From: a virus
Taxonomy: Duplodnaviria > Caudoviricetes
Direction: 5' to 3' (one strand)
Length of the DNA: 49,078 bases
IMG/VR virus record: IMGVR_UViG_3300033569_000026
Span: 1-49,078 of that record
Position 1 is the stretch's first letter, and the number at the start of each line of letters is the position of its first letter. Position numbers and translations under genes: made by a program. This document shows positions 37,347 to 47,321 of the stretch, piece after piece. The notes beneath the pieces are model-generated. The model saw only the letters and a list, made by a program, of their open reading frames with translations. It was not told where the DNA came from and searched no databases.

Positions 37347-38051
37347 TTGTCCACTGAATTTCTGACTCGTATCGCTGTACTCGAAACTGAACTTGCCAAG
37401 CTCCGTGCCGCTAATTCGCCTGGTGCGATCAAACAGCAGCTCGTGAACAATCCGGCTGGGTTCTTTGCGTCCCTCGGACTCACCCCTGAAGAGAAGACGC
37501 ACGTACAGCGTGTCACCGTCGCCGATGCCCTCGGTGATCAAGCCCCGCCCGAGATGAGGATGCTCGCGCAGTTGGGGCCGCAAATCGCGCAGCAGAGTCA
37601 ACTCGCCGCCACTATTGAAGCCCTTAGCCGGAGGGTTGAAGAGTTGGTGGTCGCGCCTCGCAAGGCTGAGGAGACTCGCACAAGTCTGAACGCGCTGATT
37701 GCAAACAAAGAAGCGTACCCATTCCTCTCGGCTGCCATCGCGAAGAACCCCTCGCTACTCGATAGCAAGGTGAAGAATCGCACGGGCGAAGCAGCCGACA
37801 TCGCCAAAGAACTGGAGGCCGAAGCAAAGGAATTTGCGACTGCGTTCGGTTACCAGGCACCAGCCCAACCCGCGAGTGATGCAAACGCGGAGACGAATAA
37901 GGATGCTCAAAGTACGCAGAGCAAACCGGCTCCCTTGGCGGGCGCTCAAATGATTGTTCCGCCGATTCCTGGGGCGACCGTTGGTCCTCTCACTCCTGAA
38001 GAGGACAAGCAGCTCAAGGAAGAATTCCTCCGCAAGCAAGGATGGGCATAG
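37347..38051 (+). CDS. Putative scaffolding protein
   Basis: Helical protein between portal and capsid; AYPFL motif. Confidence 0.7.
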   Translation: MSTEFLTRIAVLETELAKLRAANSPGAIKQQLVNNPAGFFASLGLTPEEKTHVQRVTVADALGDQAPPEMRMLAQLGPQIAQQSQLAATIEALSRRVEELVVAPRKAEETRTSLNALIANKEAYPFLSAAIAKNPSLLDSKVKNRTGEAADIAKELEAEAKEFATAFGYQAPAQPASDANAETNKDAQSTQSKPAPLAGAQMIVPPIPGATVGPLTPEEDKQLKEEFLRKQGWA

Positions 38052-38097
38052 CCCTCCTGTCTGCATTACATAACAGCAATTAGCTGTCACGGAGTTA

Positions 38098-39375
38098 ATG
38101 GGCAGTTCCATTAACATGGGTTCGGTCAACACGTCGAACCTGGCTGAGTATTTCATCAAGCGGTACAACCTCGTTGGCCGCGACGCAGAGTATTACAAGA
38201 ACCGTCCGACGCTGGCGGCTCTCGCTGCTTCTCGCGACACCGAGTCTCTCAAGAAGTCGGATGGCTTCTACGAGACGCTGAAGGTCGCTGGTGGTTTCAG
38301 CGCCTCGCCCGATTGGGAAGAGGGTAATAAGAACCACAAGCCGTCGAAGAAGGTTCGTTGGCACGTTGAAGATCCGTACGCACAGTACGGTTTTGTTGCC
38401 TTCGATAGCCTGATGCTCGCTCGTAACGAGGGCGGCGCTGCGCTGCTCGACGTCAAGGCGTCCGAGGCGGACGACGTTCGCGAAGGCATGCTCGACACGT
38501 GCGAATTCGAGCTGTGGAACGATGGTTCGGGCTCACGCGGTCAAATCGCTGTTGGCGGCCTTAACGGCACGGCGGCGGTCCGCGTTATTACGCTGGTTAC
38601 CGAGTCGGACGTTTACAACTTCCCGTACGGCGCGATCATCACGGGTAACACGGCGGCAGACGGCAGTGGCACTGCTCGCACCAACCGTTACGAGGTTACC
38701 GACCTCGACCCGCAGAACGGTAAGGTCACCCTCACCCGGACGATCGATAACAGCTCTGCGCTCGTTGCGGAGGATTACCTGCACGTCGTTGGTTCTGCCG
38801 GCGATTACATGCCCGGTATCCCGACCTTCATCCCGGCGTCGGCTCCGAGCGATACGCTGCTCGGTGTTACGCGCGGTGCGAACCCGGCAACGTCTGGTTG
38901 GCGTTTCGCGTTCAAGATGTCGATCGCTGAGACGATCGGTCTCTCGTTCTCGAAGATGGGCCGCTGGGTCCACAAAGAGAAGGGCCGGTTCGTTTGCGTT
39001 CTCTCGACCAACGATTGGTACCAGCTCTCGCTTGAGCGTGAGGGCCGTGTCCAGCCGGATCCGGGTGCGGTCCAGAAGTGGGGCCTCGAAGGTCTCTCTG
39101 TTCGTACCTCGTACGGCTCGATCAGCTGCATCGCAATCCCGCAGCTCAAGGATGGCCGTGGCTACATCCTCGACTTCAGCACGTGGAAGTTCTACACGCT
39201 GAAGAACGTCCCGCACGTCATCGACGGTGACGGTCAGACGTTTGTCCGTGGCGGTGTTGATGCACCGGACGGCTACAAAAACGGCGACTTCATCAAGATG
39301 CAGCTCCGCATGTGGAAGCACCTGCTCTGCCTCAAGCCGATGAGCAACGCCACGTTCCCGACGGTTCCGAGCTAA
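38098..39375 (+). CDS. Major capsid protein
   Basis: 425 aa, strongly biased codons, LWNDGSGSRG, position after scaffold. Confidence 0.85.
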   Translation: MGSSINMGSVNTSNLAEYFIKRYNLVGRDAEYYKNRPTLAALAASRDTESLKKSDGFYETLKVAGGFSASPDWEEGNKNHKPSKKVRWHVEDPYAQYGFVAFDSLMLARNEGGAALLDVKASEADDVREGMLDTCEFELWNDGSGSRGQIAVGGLNGTAAVRVITLVTESDVYNFPYGAIITGNTAADGSGTARTNRYEVTDLDPQNGKVTLTRTIDNSSALVAEDYLHVVGSAGDYMPGIPTFIPASAPSDTLLGVTRGANPATSGWRFAFKMSIAETIGLSFSKMGRWVHKEKGRFVCVLSTNDWYQLSLEREGRVQPDPGAVQKWGLEGLSVRTSYGSISCIAIPQLKDGRGYILDFSTWKFYTLKNVPHVIDGDGQTFVRGGVDAPDGYKNGDFIKMQLRMWKHLLCLKPMSNATFPTVPS

Positions 39376-39398
39376 TCGGTAGCTGTCTAGGAGACTAA

Positions 39399-39824
39399 AT
39401 GGAGAACCGCAATAGCGCATCTCACGCGCGAGGGTTCCAGCTCGACATTCACGGAATGTTCCGTATCAATAGCACGAGCGACCCCGATAATATCCGCGAC
39501 GGCAACAGCGATATGGTTGCTAGTGTTGGTCGCGGATCAGCGGGTCTCTTTACGGTCACTCTGGCCTCCGGCTTTACTCTTCCCGAGAAGCTGAATTACC
39601 AGAGCGCGGAGATTGCACAGGCGGCGAACCCGACTGTTTGGTCTAAAGCGCACATCGTGAAGGACTCGTATAGTCAGGTTAATCGTACGTTTCAGATCCA
39701 GGTACTCAAGGCTACGGCCTCGGGCGATACGGCTGACGCGGCGAGCGACGCTGACGACAATGACCAGGTCTCGTTCTGGCTTCGCGGCTCGATCGATTCC
39801 ATCGGCACGGATAACGTGACGTAG
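39399..39824 (+). CDS. Virion structural protein (possible decoration)
   Basis: Co-transcribed with capsid before terminator; GLFTVTL beta motif. Confidence 0.55.
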   Translation: MENRNSASHARGFQLDIHGMFRINSTSDPDNIRDGNSDMVASVGRGSAGLFTVTLASGFTLPEKLNYQSAEIAQAANPTVWSKAHIVKDSYSQVNRTFQIQVLKATASGDTADAASDADDNDQVSFWLRGSIDSIGTDNVT

Positions 39825-39827
39825 AAG

Positions 39828-39876
39828 AGTCCTGCTGGTTCCAAATCATTGGTTTGGAGCTAGCGGGATTTCTTTT
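39828..39876 (+). terminator. Rho-independent terminator after capsid genes
   Basis: AGTCCTGCTGGTTCCAAA...TTTGGAGCTAGCGGGATT followed by TCTTTT. Confidence 0.85.
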
Positions 39877-39898
39877 ATGTACTTCGACACGGAGGGCA

Positions 39899-40672
39899 AT
39901 GGCTTTCTTTACGCTTGAGCAACTGATCGCGCGCGCAAAAACGTACGTGGATGATGACCATAACGACGAGAAGAGCTGGATCAGCGACGAGCGATGGAAG
40001 GATATCGCGAACGTTGAGTACGGCCAGCTTTACAAGCGGTGGATTCGGCAAGGTCTGATTACCCCCGAGCCGACGACGGCTTACATCGTTGAGTCCGACG
40101 GCACCTTACAGATTGACGGGGTGCTAGCGATTGTCGGAGTCGGAAAAGACTTCGGCGACTTCATTCGGCCGCTCACACCCGCGCAGCCATTGATCGGCAA
40201 GCACGCTTTCTGGCGAGGCTCGACGCAGCCGGTGAACCCGTCGGTTACGTGGGCCGCGTTTTCGCAGGGCGATCGAATCGTCGTGAAGCTGGAGCCGGTC
40301 CCAAGCGATTTGGTCGTCACAGACGAGACCAGCAATTACGTTGTTCGCTACATCGCAGCCCCGACGGCAATCGATTACCAACCCGCAGAACCGCTCGAAT
40401 CGGAAGACCTCTACGTCGGTATGTACGATATCCCGTTCGGTGCCGATGAGCGCGTAGTTCTCGGCATGGCCCGCCGCGCCCACCTGAAGGACTCGGTGAA
40501 CAGCACACTGCTGAACGGCCTCATCGCCGAAGCCGACGCGGAGCTGAATTTCACAGCCGCCAGCAAGATCGACGGGATCAAGGTTCGGCGACTTCCTAAA
40601 CGCTCTGCCCTCATGCGCAGCACCCCAAGGGTCAGCATTTGGCCAGAACGATCTGAGTGGATGTACTTCTAA
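39899..40672 (+). CDS. Head-tail adaptor / tail tubular protein A-like
   Basis: GGAGG RBS; TLEQLI.RA...D......ISD.....N start typical of adaptors. Confidence 0.7.
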   Translation: MAFFTLEQLIARAKTYVDDDHNDEKSWISDERWKDIANVEYGQLYKRWIRQGLITPEPTTAYIVESDGTLQIDGVLAIVGVGKDFGDFIRPLTPAQPLIGKHAFWRGSTQPVNPSVTWAAFSQGDRIVVKLEPVPSDLVVTDETSNYVVRYIAAPTAIDYQPAEPLESEDLYVGMYDIPFGADERVVLGMARRAHLKDSVNSTLLNGLIAEADAELNFTAASKIDGIKVRRLPKRSALMRSTPRVSIWPERSEWMYF

Positions 40673-43108
40673 ATGGGTCTTAAGGTTCTCGCCAATCTCA
40701 GTGGCATCGCAGAACAAGCGGTGCAGCGTGCGTTTCGTCAGATTGAAAACGTCATCAATGATATTCGCGAGCGCCTAGCTGATCTTGAAGAGCAGAGTGG
40801 TGAGCCCGTTGTCGGTGGTGTCTCTTCGGTAACCGGCACTGGCGCAGCGAACGTCTCCCCAACAACTGGGGATGTCATCGTTGACGTTGATCTCTCCGGT
40901 TACGCGCTCGACGGGCACACGCATCCGATTTCCGACGTCACGAACCTCCAAACGGAGCTTGATGGCAAAGCGGACGTAAGTCACACACACGTCATTGCGG
41001 ACGTCACCGACCTTGGTGTGTTCACGGACACCGATGACGGTCTCGTTCCGGCTCCGAACAACGGCAGTGATCCGACCAAGGTTCTCGCGGCCGATGGAAC
41101 GTGGATTGACGTCGCGGCGCTAATTGATGGGTTCTTTGGTTCCGGCGACGACGGGGATGTCACCATCTCGGTGAACACCACGCTCACGCGGGACATGGCC
41201 TACGATGACCTAACCGTCAACAGCGGCATCGAGCTGAACACGGGCGGGTATCGCATCTTCGTTAAGGGCACGCTCACCCTCGACGGTAAGATTGTTCGTA
41301 ACGGAACGGCGGGGGATCCGGGAGCAGCTTCACCATCTAACGCAGGCGGCGCAGGTGGTGCGGCTCTGGCAGGCGGAACACTTCCGGGTAGCACTGTGGG
41401 TGGTGCCGGTGGAGCAGCGGCCGGTGGCGGGACTGGTACTGGTGGCGCGTCACTAACGCGCTACACCGGACTCGGCACGGGCGCTCCGAGCGGGACTGGT
41501 GGTGCTGGTCAAGGTGGTGCCGGTGGAGCCAACTCCGGCGGCACTGCTGGTGGCGCGGGTGGTAACTGCACCGAAGCCACAATCACTAACGGCGCAACAA
41601 TCTACAACATGCTTCAGTCCGTAACCGGGCGCATGCTTACCGGCGACCTATTCTCCGGTGCGACGGGTGGCGGTGGTGGTCGTGGTAGTCCGAATGCCGG
41701 TGAACGCGGCGGTGGTGGTGGTGGTTCGGGTGGCGGCTACATCGTCGTGTGCGCTCGCACGTGTACCGGAGGCACCATTGAAGCTAAGGGCGGCGAGGGT
41801 GGTGCTGGCGGTTCGGGCGGCGGGACTAATGCCGGTGGCGGTGGTGGCGGTGGCGGCGGCACAATCATTGTCGTCGTCGGGACCGGACCGTTTCCGACGT
41901 GTGATGTCTCGGGGGGAACTGGTGGCCTTGGTACTGGCTCCGGCGTAAACGGATACAGCGGCGGTGCTGGTCACGTGGAGTGTTATCGACTGTCAACAGG
42001 CGTTGCCGGTGGCGGCGGCGGATCAGTCGCTGATGGTGACTACGGCGACATTACCGTATCGACCTCCGGCGGAACCTGGACGATTGATCCGAGCGCTGTT
42101 ACGTCGGGCAAGATTGCCACTGGGGCCGTAACGACGGCCAAGATCGCCGCGTCGGCTGTCACCGCCACCGAGCTTGCCACCGACGCAGTCACCACGGCCA
42201 AAATCGATGACGACGCGGTTACTACCGCCAAGATTCTGGCCAACAACGTTACCCTGGCGAAGCTGGCCCAACTAGCGACGGCGCGGTTTCTAGGTCGCAC
42301 CACGGCGGGCACTGGTGACGTCGAAGCCCTTACTGGGACACAGGCGACGGCCCTGTTGGACGTCGTTACGACATCCGTCAAGGGCCTGGTTCCGACGGCC
42401 CCGAACGATGCGACCAAGTACCTCGACGGCACTGGTGGCTGGTCGGTTCCGGCCGGTGGTGGAGGCGGCGGGGGGCTCTTTTCGCCCACGCTTAGCTCGG
42501 TCCCCACGTCGTCCAACACGGGTCTCAACGCCTGGAACAATCAGCCCACGTCTGCCACGGTGAACGACCGCTCCAATGGTCTTGTCGTCTACACGCCGAA
42601 TCAGGGCGGCGGTGCGACTATCAACAGCGCCATCCGCTACAAGGTCTGCCCGTCTACGCCCTTCACGGTTACGGCCCTGCTGGCTGCCAATCACGCCTGG
42701 GGCACCAACGCGGGGTTGATGTTCGGGTTCACGGACGGCACCACGTCGACGGCCAAATTCCAAGGCTTTGTCTGGAAGCCGTACTACACCACGGCCAACG
42801 ACAACTTTGGAATTTTCAACTTCTCAGCCCTGAACGCCGGGTCTGCTTCGAGCGTTCGGACCCTTACAAATAACAACGGCTTCTTCATGACGGGGTCACA
42901 GTTTTTCTGGTTCAGGTTGTCGGACGACGGAACCACGGTGCTGTACCAGACGTCACCAACGGGCGACGACGGAACGTGGATTACCTTCCAGTCCGTCACC
43001 AAGTCTGGCAGCTACCTCGGGTCCACGGGGTACGACAACGTGGCGTTCGGCTGTTTCGGATACAGCGGCGAAATCTACGCCCAAATGCTGAGCTACACGG
43101 AGGCTTAG
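40673..43108 (+). CDS. Tail fibre / receptor-binding protein
   Basis: HTH.I.DV repeats, poly-Gly domain, VT.AKIA repeats, C-terminal aromatic beta domain. Confidence 0.8.
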   Translation: MGLKVLANLSGIAEQAVQRAFRQIENVINDIRERLADLEEQSGEPVVGGVSSVTGTGAANVSPTTGDVIVDVDLSGYALDGHTHPISDVTNLQTELDGKADVSHTHVIADVTDLGVFTDTDDGLVPAPNNGSDPTKVLAADGTWIDVAALIDGFFGSGDDGDVTISVNTTLTRDMAYDDLTVNSGIELNTGGYRIFVKGTLTLDGKIVRNGTAGDPGAASPSNAGGAGGAALAGGTLPGSTVGGAGGAAAGGGTGTGGASLTRYTGLGTGAPSGTGGAGQGGAGGANSGGTAGGAGGNCTEATITNGATIYNMLQSVTGRMLTGDLFSGATGGGGGRGSPNAGERGGGGGGSGGGYIVVCARTCTGGTIEAKGGEGGAGGSGGGTNAGGGGGGGGGTIIVVVGTGPFPTCDVSGGTGGLGTGSGVNGYSGGAGHVECYRLSTGVAGGGGGSVADGDYGDITVSTSGGTWTIDPSAVTSGKIATGAVTTAKIAASAVTATELATDAVTTAKIDDDAVTTAKILANNVTLAKLAQLATARFLGRTTAGTGDVEALTGTQATALLDVVTTSVKGLVPTAPNDATKYLDGTGGWSVPAGGGGGGGLFSPTLSSVPTSSNTGLNAWNNQPTSATVNDRSNGLVVYTPNQGGGATINSAIRYKVCPSTPFTVTALLAANHAWGTNAGLMFGFTDGTTSTAKFQGFVWKPYYTTANDNFGIFNFSALNAGSASSVRTLTNNNGFFMTGSQFFWFRLSDDGTTVLYQTSPTGDDGTWITFQSVTKSGSYLGSTGYDNVAFGCFGYSGEIYAQMLSYTEA

Positions 43109-43130
43109 GTTCCTCCGGCCACAAGGATTA

Positions 43131-44189
43131 ATGATTGGAACTGACCTCGACCTCGACCTACCCGACCTCGGCGACTCGCTAGCTACAATCGTTAGCAAGA
43201 CCGTTGTGGCGCTGTCTGCGATTGAAGACAGCCACGCTGATCTAGCAACGCCTTCAGCCCTCGACATCAACAGCAACATTTCGTTCGGAGGTAATCACGC
43301 CACGAACGTCGGCGGCGTCGTGCTGGCGGCGGGCAACTCTCCAACTGCTGCGGGTAGCTTCTATTACTCTGGCGGCAAGTTCTACCTGAAGGACGCGACT
43401 GGCGTTATTCAGCTCAGCGCGGACGGCACAATCAATGTGTCAAGCAGCGGCGGCATCGGCGGCGACTACGGCCAGGGCGGCAATCCAGCGGTCGTCACGT
43501 ATGACGATGCTTCCGGGCAGTATCGCTTCAAAGAGTCGACCGGGCCTGACGTCTGGGCTGACCTCGTTGTCGACGACGTTGTGTTGATGGAGACGAGTGG
43601 CACGGACTCAATTCGGCTCTCTGCTCCGGCCGACGTGACGACTAGTTACACGCTGACGCTCCCGGCGGCGCTCGCAGCAACAAGCGGCCCTCTTCGGGTT
43701 GACGCGACCGGGCAGGTTTCGTTGGGCGCACAGACGCACAACAGAAATATCTCCCCGGCAGGCTGGCAAACGACTCCGAGTGCTTGGCGCATTCAGGCTG
43801 GTGCTGGTAACGGACCGATCTACTGGGAGCCAGCAGCCCTCAGTTCAGCGGCAGAAACGCTAATGGCGCCCGTCGATCTTGAAGTAGGGCAGACCATTAC
43901 GGACTTTCGTGTCAACGTTCGCAAGAATAGTAGTGATGATGCAAACCTCATCATCACACTGGTTAAGATTGACGAGACCACCGGAGTAATCACGACCGTC
44001 CGCGCTGTGGCTACTAACGCCAACGCACCGGGAACGGACTCCACACTGACCCCGGCAGCCTTTACTGAGACAATCGCAGCGGGCTACTCCTATGCGTTCA
44101 TTACCGATTACGGATTTGTAACCGGCCCCGACCCCTCCGCAAAGGACCGCATTTACAGCATCAAGCTGACCTACACGGACCCTCACTAA
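43131..44189 (+). CDS. Virion tail-associated protein
   Basis: Beta-rich, SYTLTLP fibre-type motif. Confidence 0.6.
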   Translation: MIGTDLDLDLPDLGDSLATIVSKTVVALSAIEDSHADLATPSALDINSNISFGGNHATNVGGVVLAAGNSPTAAGSFYYSGGKFYLKDATGVIQLSADGTINVSSSGGIGGDYGQGGNPAVVTYDDASGQYRFKESTGPDVWADLVVDDVVLMETSGTDSIRLSAPADVTTSYTLTLPAALAATSGPLRVDATGQVSLGAQTHNRNISPAGWQTTPSAWRIQAGAGNGPIYWEPAALSSAAETLMAPVDLEVGQTITDFRVNVRKNSSDDANLIITLVKIDETTGVITTVRAVATNANAPGTDSTLTPAAFTETIAAGYSYAFITDYGFVTGPDPSAKDRIYSIKLTYTDPH

Positions 44190-44192
44190 CCA

Positions 44193-47100
44193 ATGGGACA
44201 ACGCCAGCCCGACCAGGACAAAATCATTTGGCAGTCGGTTCCGTTCCCTATCGGCGGGACGGGACTTGACCTCCGAACCCCAACAACTCCGGGCGCGCTG
44301 ACGAAACTCATCAACGCCCGTTTCCGTGATGAGCGCACCGTCGAACGTCGACTCGGCTACAGCAGCATCGAGCTTCAGGACGCCAGCGACTTCGCGAACG
44401 GCACGAACACCCCGGAAGGCTGGCTCTACGGCCACGGGCAGCTGCTCACCGACCTCGGTGACGCACACTTCCCGATTGCTAAGCAGGGCAAGGGCGTCTT
44501 CAAGTACGGCGATACGCACCTCTGCTGGACCGGCGACCGACTTCTAATCGCTCGTGAGGGAACGTCGATCGGCAGCAGCCCTTTTTGGAGTCGCGGAGGT
44601 GGAACGAGCAATCGTGGTATCCCGGCCTACCTACCAGTGCAGACCGACAACGCCCCGCCCGATAAGGTGACCGGCGATTACGTCGAGACCTGCCTCACCG
44701 AGACGCTGCGTGTTGTTCTCGCCTCGACAGATAGCGAAGACCTGATCGCGTGGGTCATCGACCGCGCAACCGGCGCAGTGCTCAACCGTACCGACATCGT
44801 GTCCGGTGGTGATGGGATCTACGAACCGCGCGTCATCAACTCCGGTGACCTTCCCGTCGCGGTGTGGCTCGACGGCACCGAGCTTTTCATCAGTTGGTGG
44901 TCTGGAATCCAATGGAGCACCCCAAGTGTCATTTCTGATGCTGTAACGACTTTTGAGGTTGCAGAAGTATCAGGCGGCTTTGCGTTGGCTTGGCAGACAG
45001 GCGGCGTCGTGAAAGTCGGACGCTACACGCAGCACACGACCGACAACACGCTGTTCGATTTTGGAACCGCGCTGACGCTGCCGAGTGATGCAGCCGGCGC
45101 ACTGGCCTTTGCTGTTGCTCCCAACGATTCGGTTGGGCTCGTCTGGCAGGATGCGGAGGATGTAACGCTTTGGGCGAGCACATTTGGGCCTGACCTCGAA
45201 ACAGACGCACACCTTCAGATCAGCTCGACGGCTGGCCCGTGGGATTCAGGTATCTCCTGCTGCTTCCGCGCAATCGAGGACGAGTACGAGCGGCACAAGC
45301 TCGTTGTTCACGCGGGCAACGGGGCGCTGTACACGCAGCTGTGGGAGCTGGCGCATTCGGACGATGATGTGCTGGAGACTGTGCAGACGGACAAGCGCTA
45401 CCGCACGAAGCTGGCGAGCAAATCGTTTCGCATCGGCGACGAGGTGTTCTGCTGGCTGCAAGCACGCAATAGCGAGACCAATTACCTGGCGGCGGGCGTT
45501 ACGATGCCTCAGGTTTGCGGCATTGCTGACCGTGAAGACGCGGTGTCTCGAATCGTTCGCGATACCGGCGCACCGGGCTATGGCGTGAAGGGGTTGCCGA
45601 TGGTGTACCCCGACCCTCTCGATGAGCACCGCGTTACGTGGATTCGGCCGTTCAACACGACGCGAATTACCACAATCGACGACGAGCGCTCGAAGGTCGC
45701 TGATCTCTACGTACGCGCCGGTAACTGCCGCATCGGTGACATGAACTTTCTGCCGCCGCTGTGCGCAGTGCAGTATGGGGAGAGCGTCTACTTCGCTGGC
45801 TCGCACGTTCGCAACTGGGACGGCATGGAGCTGGGTGACGCGGGCTTCCATGATTACCCGCTCGTCAGCTTCAGTCAGTCGGACGGTGCAGGGGCGCTCA
45901 GTAACGGCGTTTACCAGGTTCGCGCCTACCCGGTGCGCTACAACAAACGTGGCGAGCGATTCCAGGGCTCAGCAATTACCGAGTCGGTAGAGATCACTGG
46001 AGCCAACGATACACTGCTTGTTACGGCGCAAACGGTTCCCGTTACGAACCACGACGATCTGACGTTTGAGATTTGGCGCACCGAAGCGGGTGGCACGACG
46101 TTCTACCTGGACGGTGTTGTCACAAACGATTTGGCGGCGGGCAGCGTCAGCTACACGTGCACACTCAGCGACGCGGCGCTTCGGCTCCGTCCCGCTGATC
46201 CTCATGCGCCCGGTATCGGGATTGCTGCTGAGGTCGAAGAGCTGGGACCTCTCGGCTGTGAAATCTTGGCTGTCTCTGGAGATCGACTTTGGGGTGCTGG
46301 AGGCCAGGTTCCCGGAGGCTTCGTTCAATTCTCGAAGCTCAAGGAGCCGGGCGAGGCGGCGGGTTTTGATCCGCTGGCTGGCTACCAGGAGATTGACATC
46401 CAGGGCGCGCGTATCACCTCGATGATTGGGTACGCCGAATCGATGTTGTTCTTCTCGCTTGGCGGCTTCTATCAGTTGCACGGCGCGGGACCAAACAACT
46501 ACGGCTCGGGCGGCTATTCGACGCCGCAGCTCAATCTTGTCGACGGGGCAGTGACTCATCTCGGAACCGGCATTACGCAAGAGGGTCCGGTGTACTGGGG
46601 AGTTGATGGGCCGCGCCTGATGAGACCCAATAGCGGCGTAGTGAATATCTCCGCGCCAGTTCGGCTCTTGACGAAGACGCTCACGCCCTCCGGTGTGCAA
46701 ATCGATTTTGCTCGTCAGGAAGTCGTGTGGTTCACGGAGGACGGGAACGCGGTTCTGTGGAACTACCAGAACAGCTCTCGATGGGCACAATGGAAGGGGT
46801 TGAAGGTCGCGGGGTGCTGCAACGACGCGCTGATGATGACGAACGGTAGGCTCTTTCAAGAGTCGGCCGAGGCGTACGGCGACGGTGGGGCGCCATTTAC
46901 CTTCGCTGGCGCTACCGGCGAGCTGAACAGCGGCTCGTACGGCGGCGACATGGAAGTGAATCGGGTCGGTGTTGCGGGCGTGTACGAAGGAGAGCACGAG
47001 CTTCGTCTTCGCATCTTCTACAACGGCTCACCGCTTTGGTCGGAGCAGTGGATCTTTGACCCGCGCGATCGAACGTGGCTGACATCCGGCGCTGAGTTGG

Positions 47101-47321
47101 AGAGTCTAACGCCGGAAGCGATTGACGACCTTGGTTGGAATACGCAGAACGGCTCTTACGCGGTGACGAAGAAGGCAAACCGTCACAGCTGTCGCCACTT
47201 CCGTGTGGAGTGGTCGGATATCAATTCGGACCGACCGACGTACCGGCTCTTTGAGCTGTCACTCGAAGTCGGTTCTCGCGGTGGAACGGGCCGTGCGCCC
47301 GTCCAATCGTTTGGGAGTTAA
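44193..47321 (+). CDS. Tail nozzle / tubular protein B-like (1042 aa)
   Basis: GLD.RT...L..L.NARF.....ERRLGY start; beta-propeller-like repeats; podovirus synteny. Confidence 0.7.
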   Translation: MGQRQPDQDKIIWQSVPFPIGGTGLDLRTPTTPGALTKLINARFRDERTVERRLGYSSIELQDASDFANGTNTPEGWLYGHGQLLTDLGDAHFPIAKQGKGVFKYGDTHLCWTGDRLLIAREGTSIGSSPFWSRGGGTSNRGIPAYLPVQTDNAPPDKVTGDYVETCLTETLRVVLASTDSEDLIAWVIDRATGAVLNRTDIVSGGDGIYEPRVINSGDLPVAVWLDGTELFISWWSGIQWSTPSVISDAVTTFEVAEVSGGFALAWQTGGVVKVGRYTQHTTDNTLFDFGTALTLPSDAAGALAFAVAPNDSVGLVWQDAEDVTLWASTFGPDLETDAHLQISSTAGPWDSGISCCFRAIEDEYERHKLVVHAGNGALYTQLWELAHSDDDVLETVQTDKRYRTKLASKSFRIGDEVFCWLQARNSETNYLAAGVTMPQVCGIADREDAVSRIVRDTGAPGYGVKGLPMVYPDPLDEHRVTWIRPFNTTRITTIDDERSKVADLYVRAGNCRIGDMNFLPPLCAVQYGESVYFAGSHVRNWDGMELGDAGFHDYPLVSFSQSDGAGALSNGVYQVRAYPVRYNKRGERFQGSAITESVEITGANDTLLVTAQTVPVTNHDDLTFEIWRTEAGGTTFYLDGVVTNDLAAGSVSYTCTLSDAALRLRPADPHAPGIGIAAEVEELGPLGCEILAVSGDRLWGAGGQVPGGFVQFSKLKEPGEAAGFDPLAGYQEIDIQGARITSMIGYAESMLFFSLGGFYQLHGAGPNNYGSGGYSTPQLNLVDGAVTHLGTGITQEGPVYWGVDGPRLMRPNSGVVNISAPVRLLTKTLTPSGVQIDFARQEVVWFTEDGNAVLWNYQNSSRWAQWKGLKVAGCCNDALMMTNGRLFQESAEAYGDGGAPFTFAGATGELNSGSYGGDMEVNRVGVAGVYEGEHELRLRIFYNGSPLWSEQWIFDPRDRTWLTSGAELESLTPEAIDDLGWNTQNGSYAVTKKANRHSCRHFRVEWSDINSDRPTYRLFELSLEVGSRGGTGRAPVQSFGS

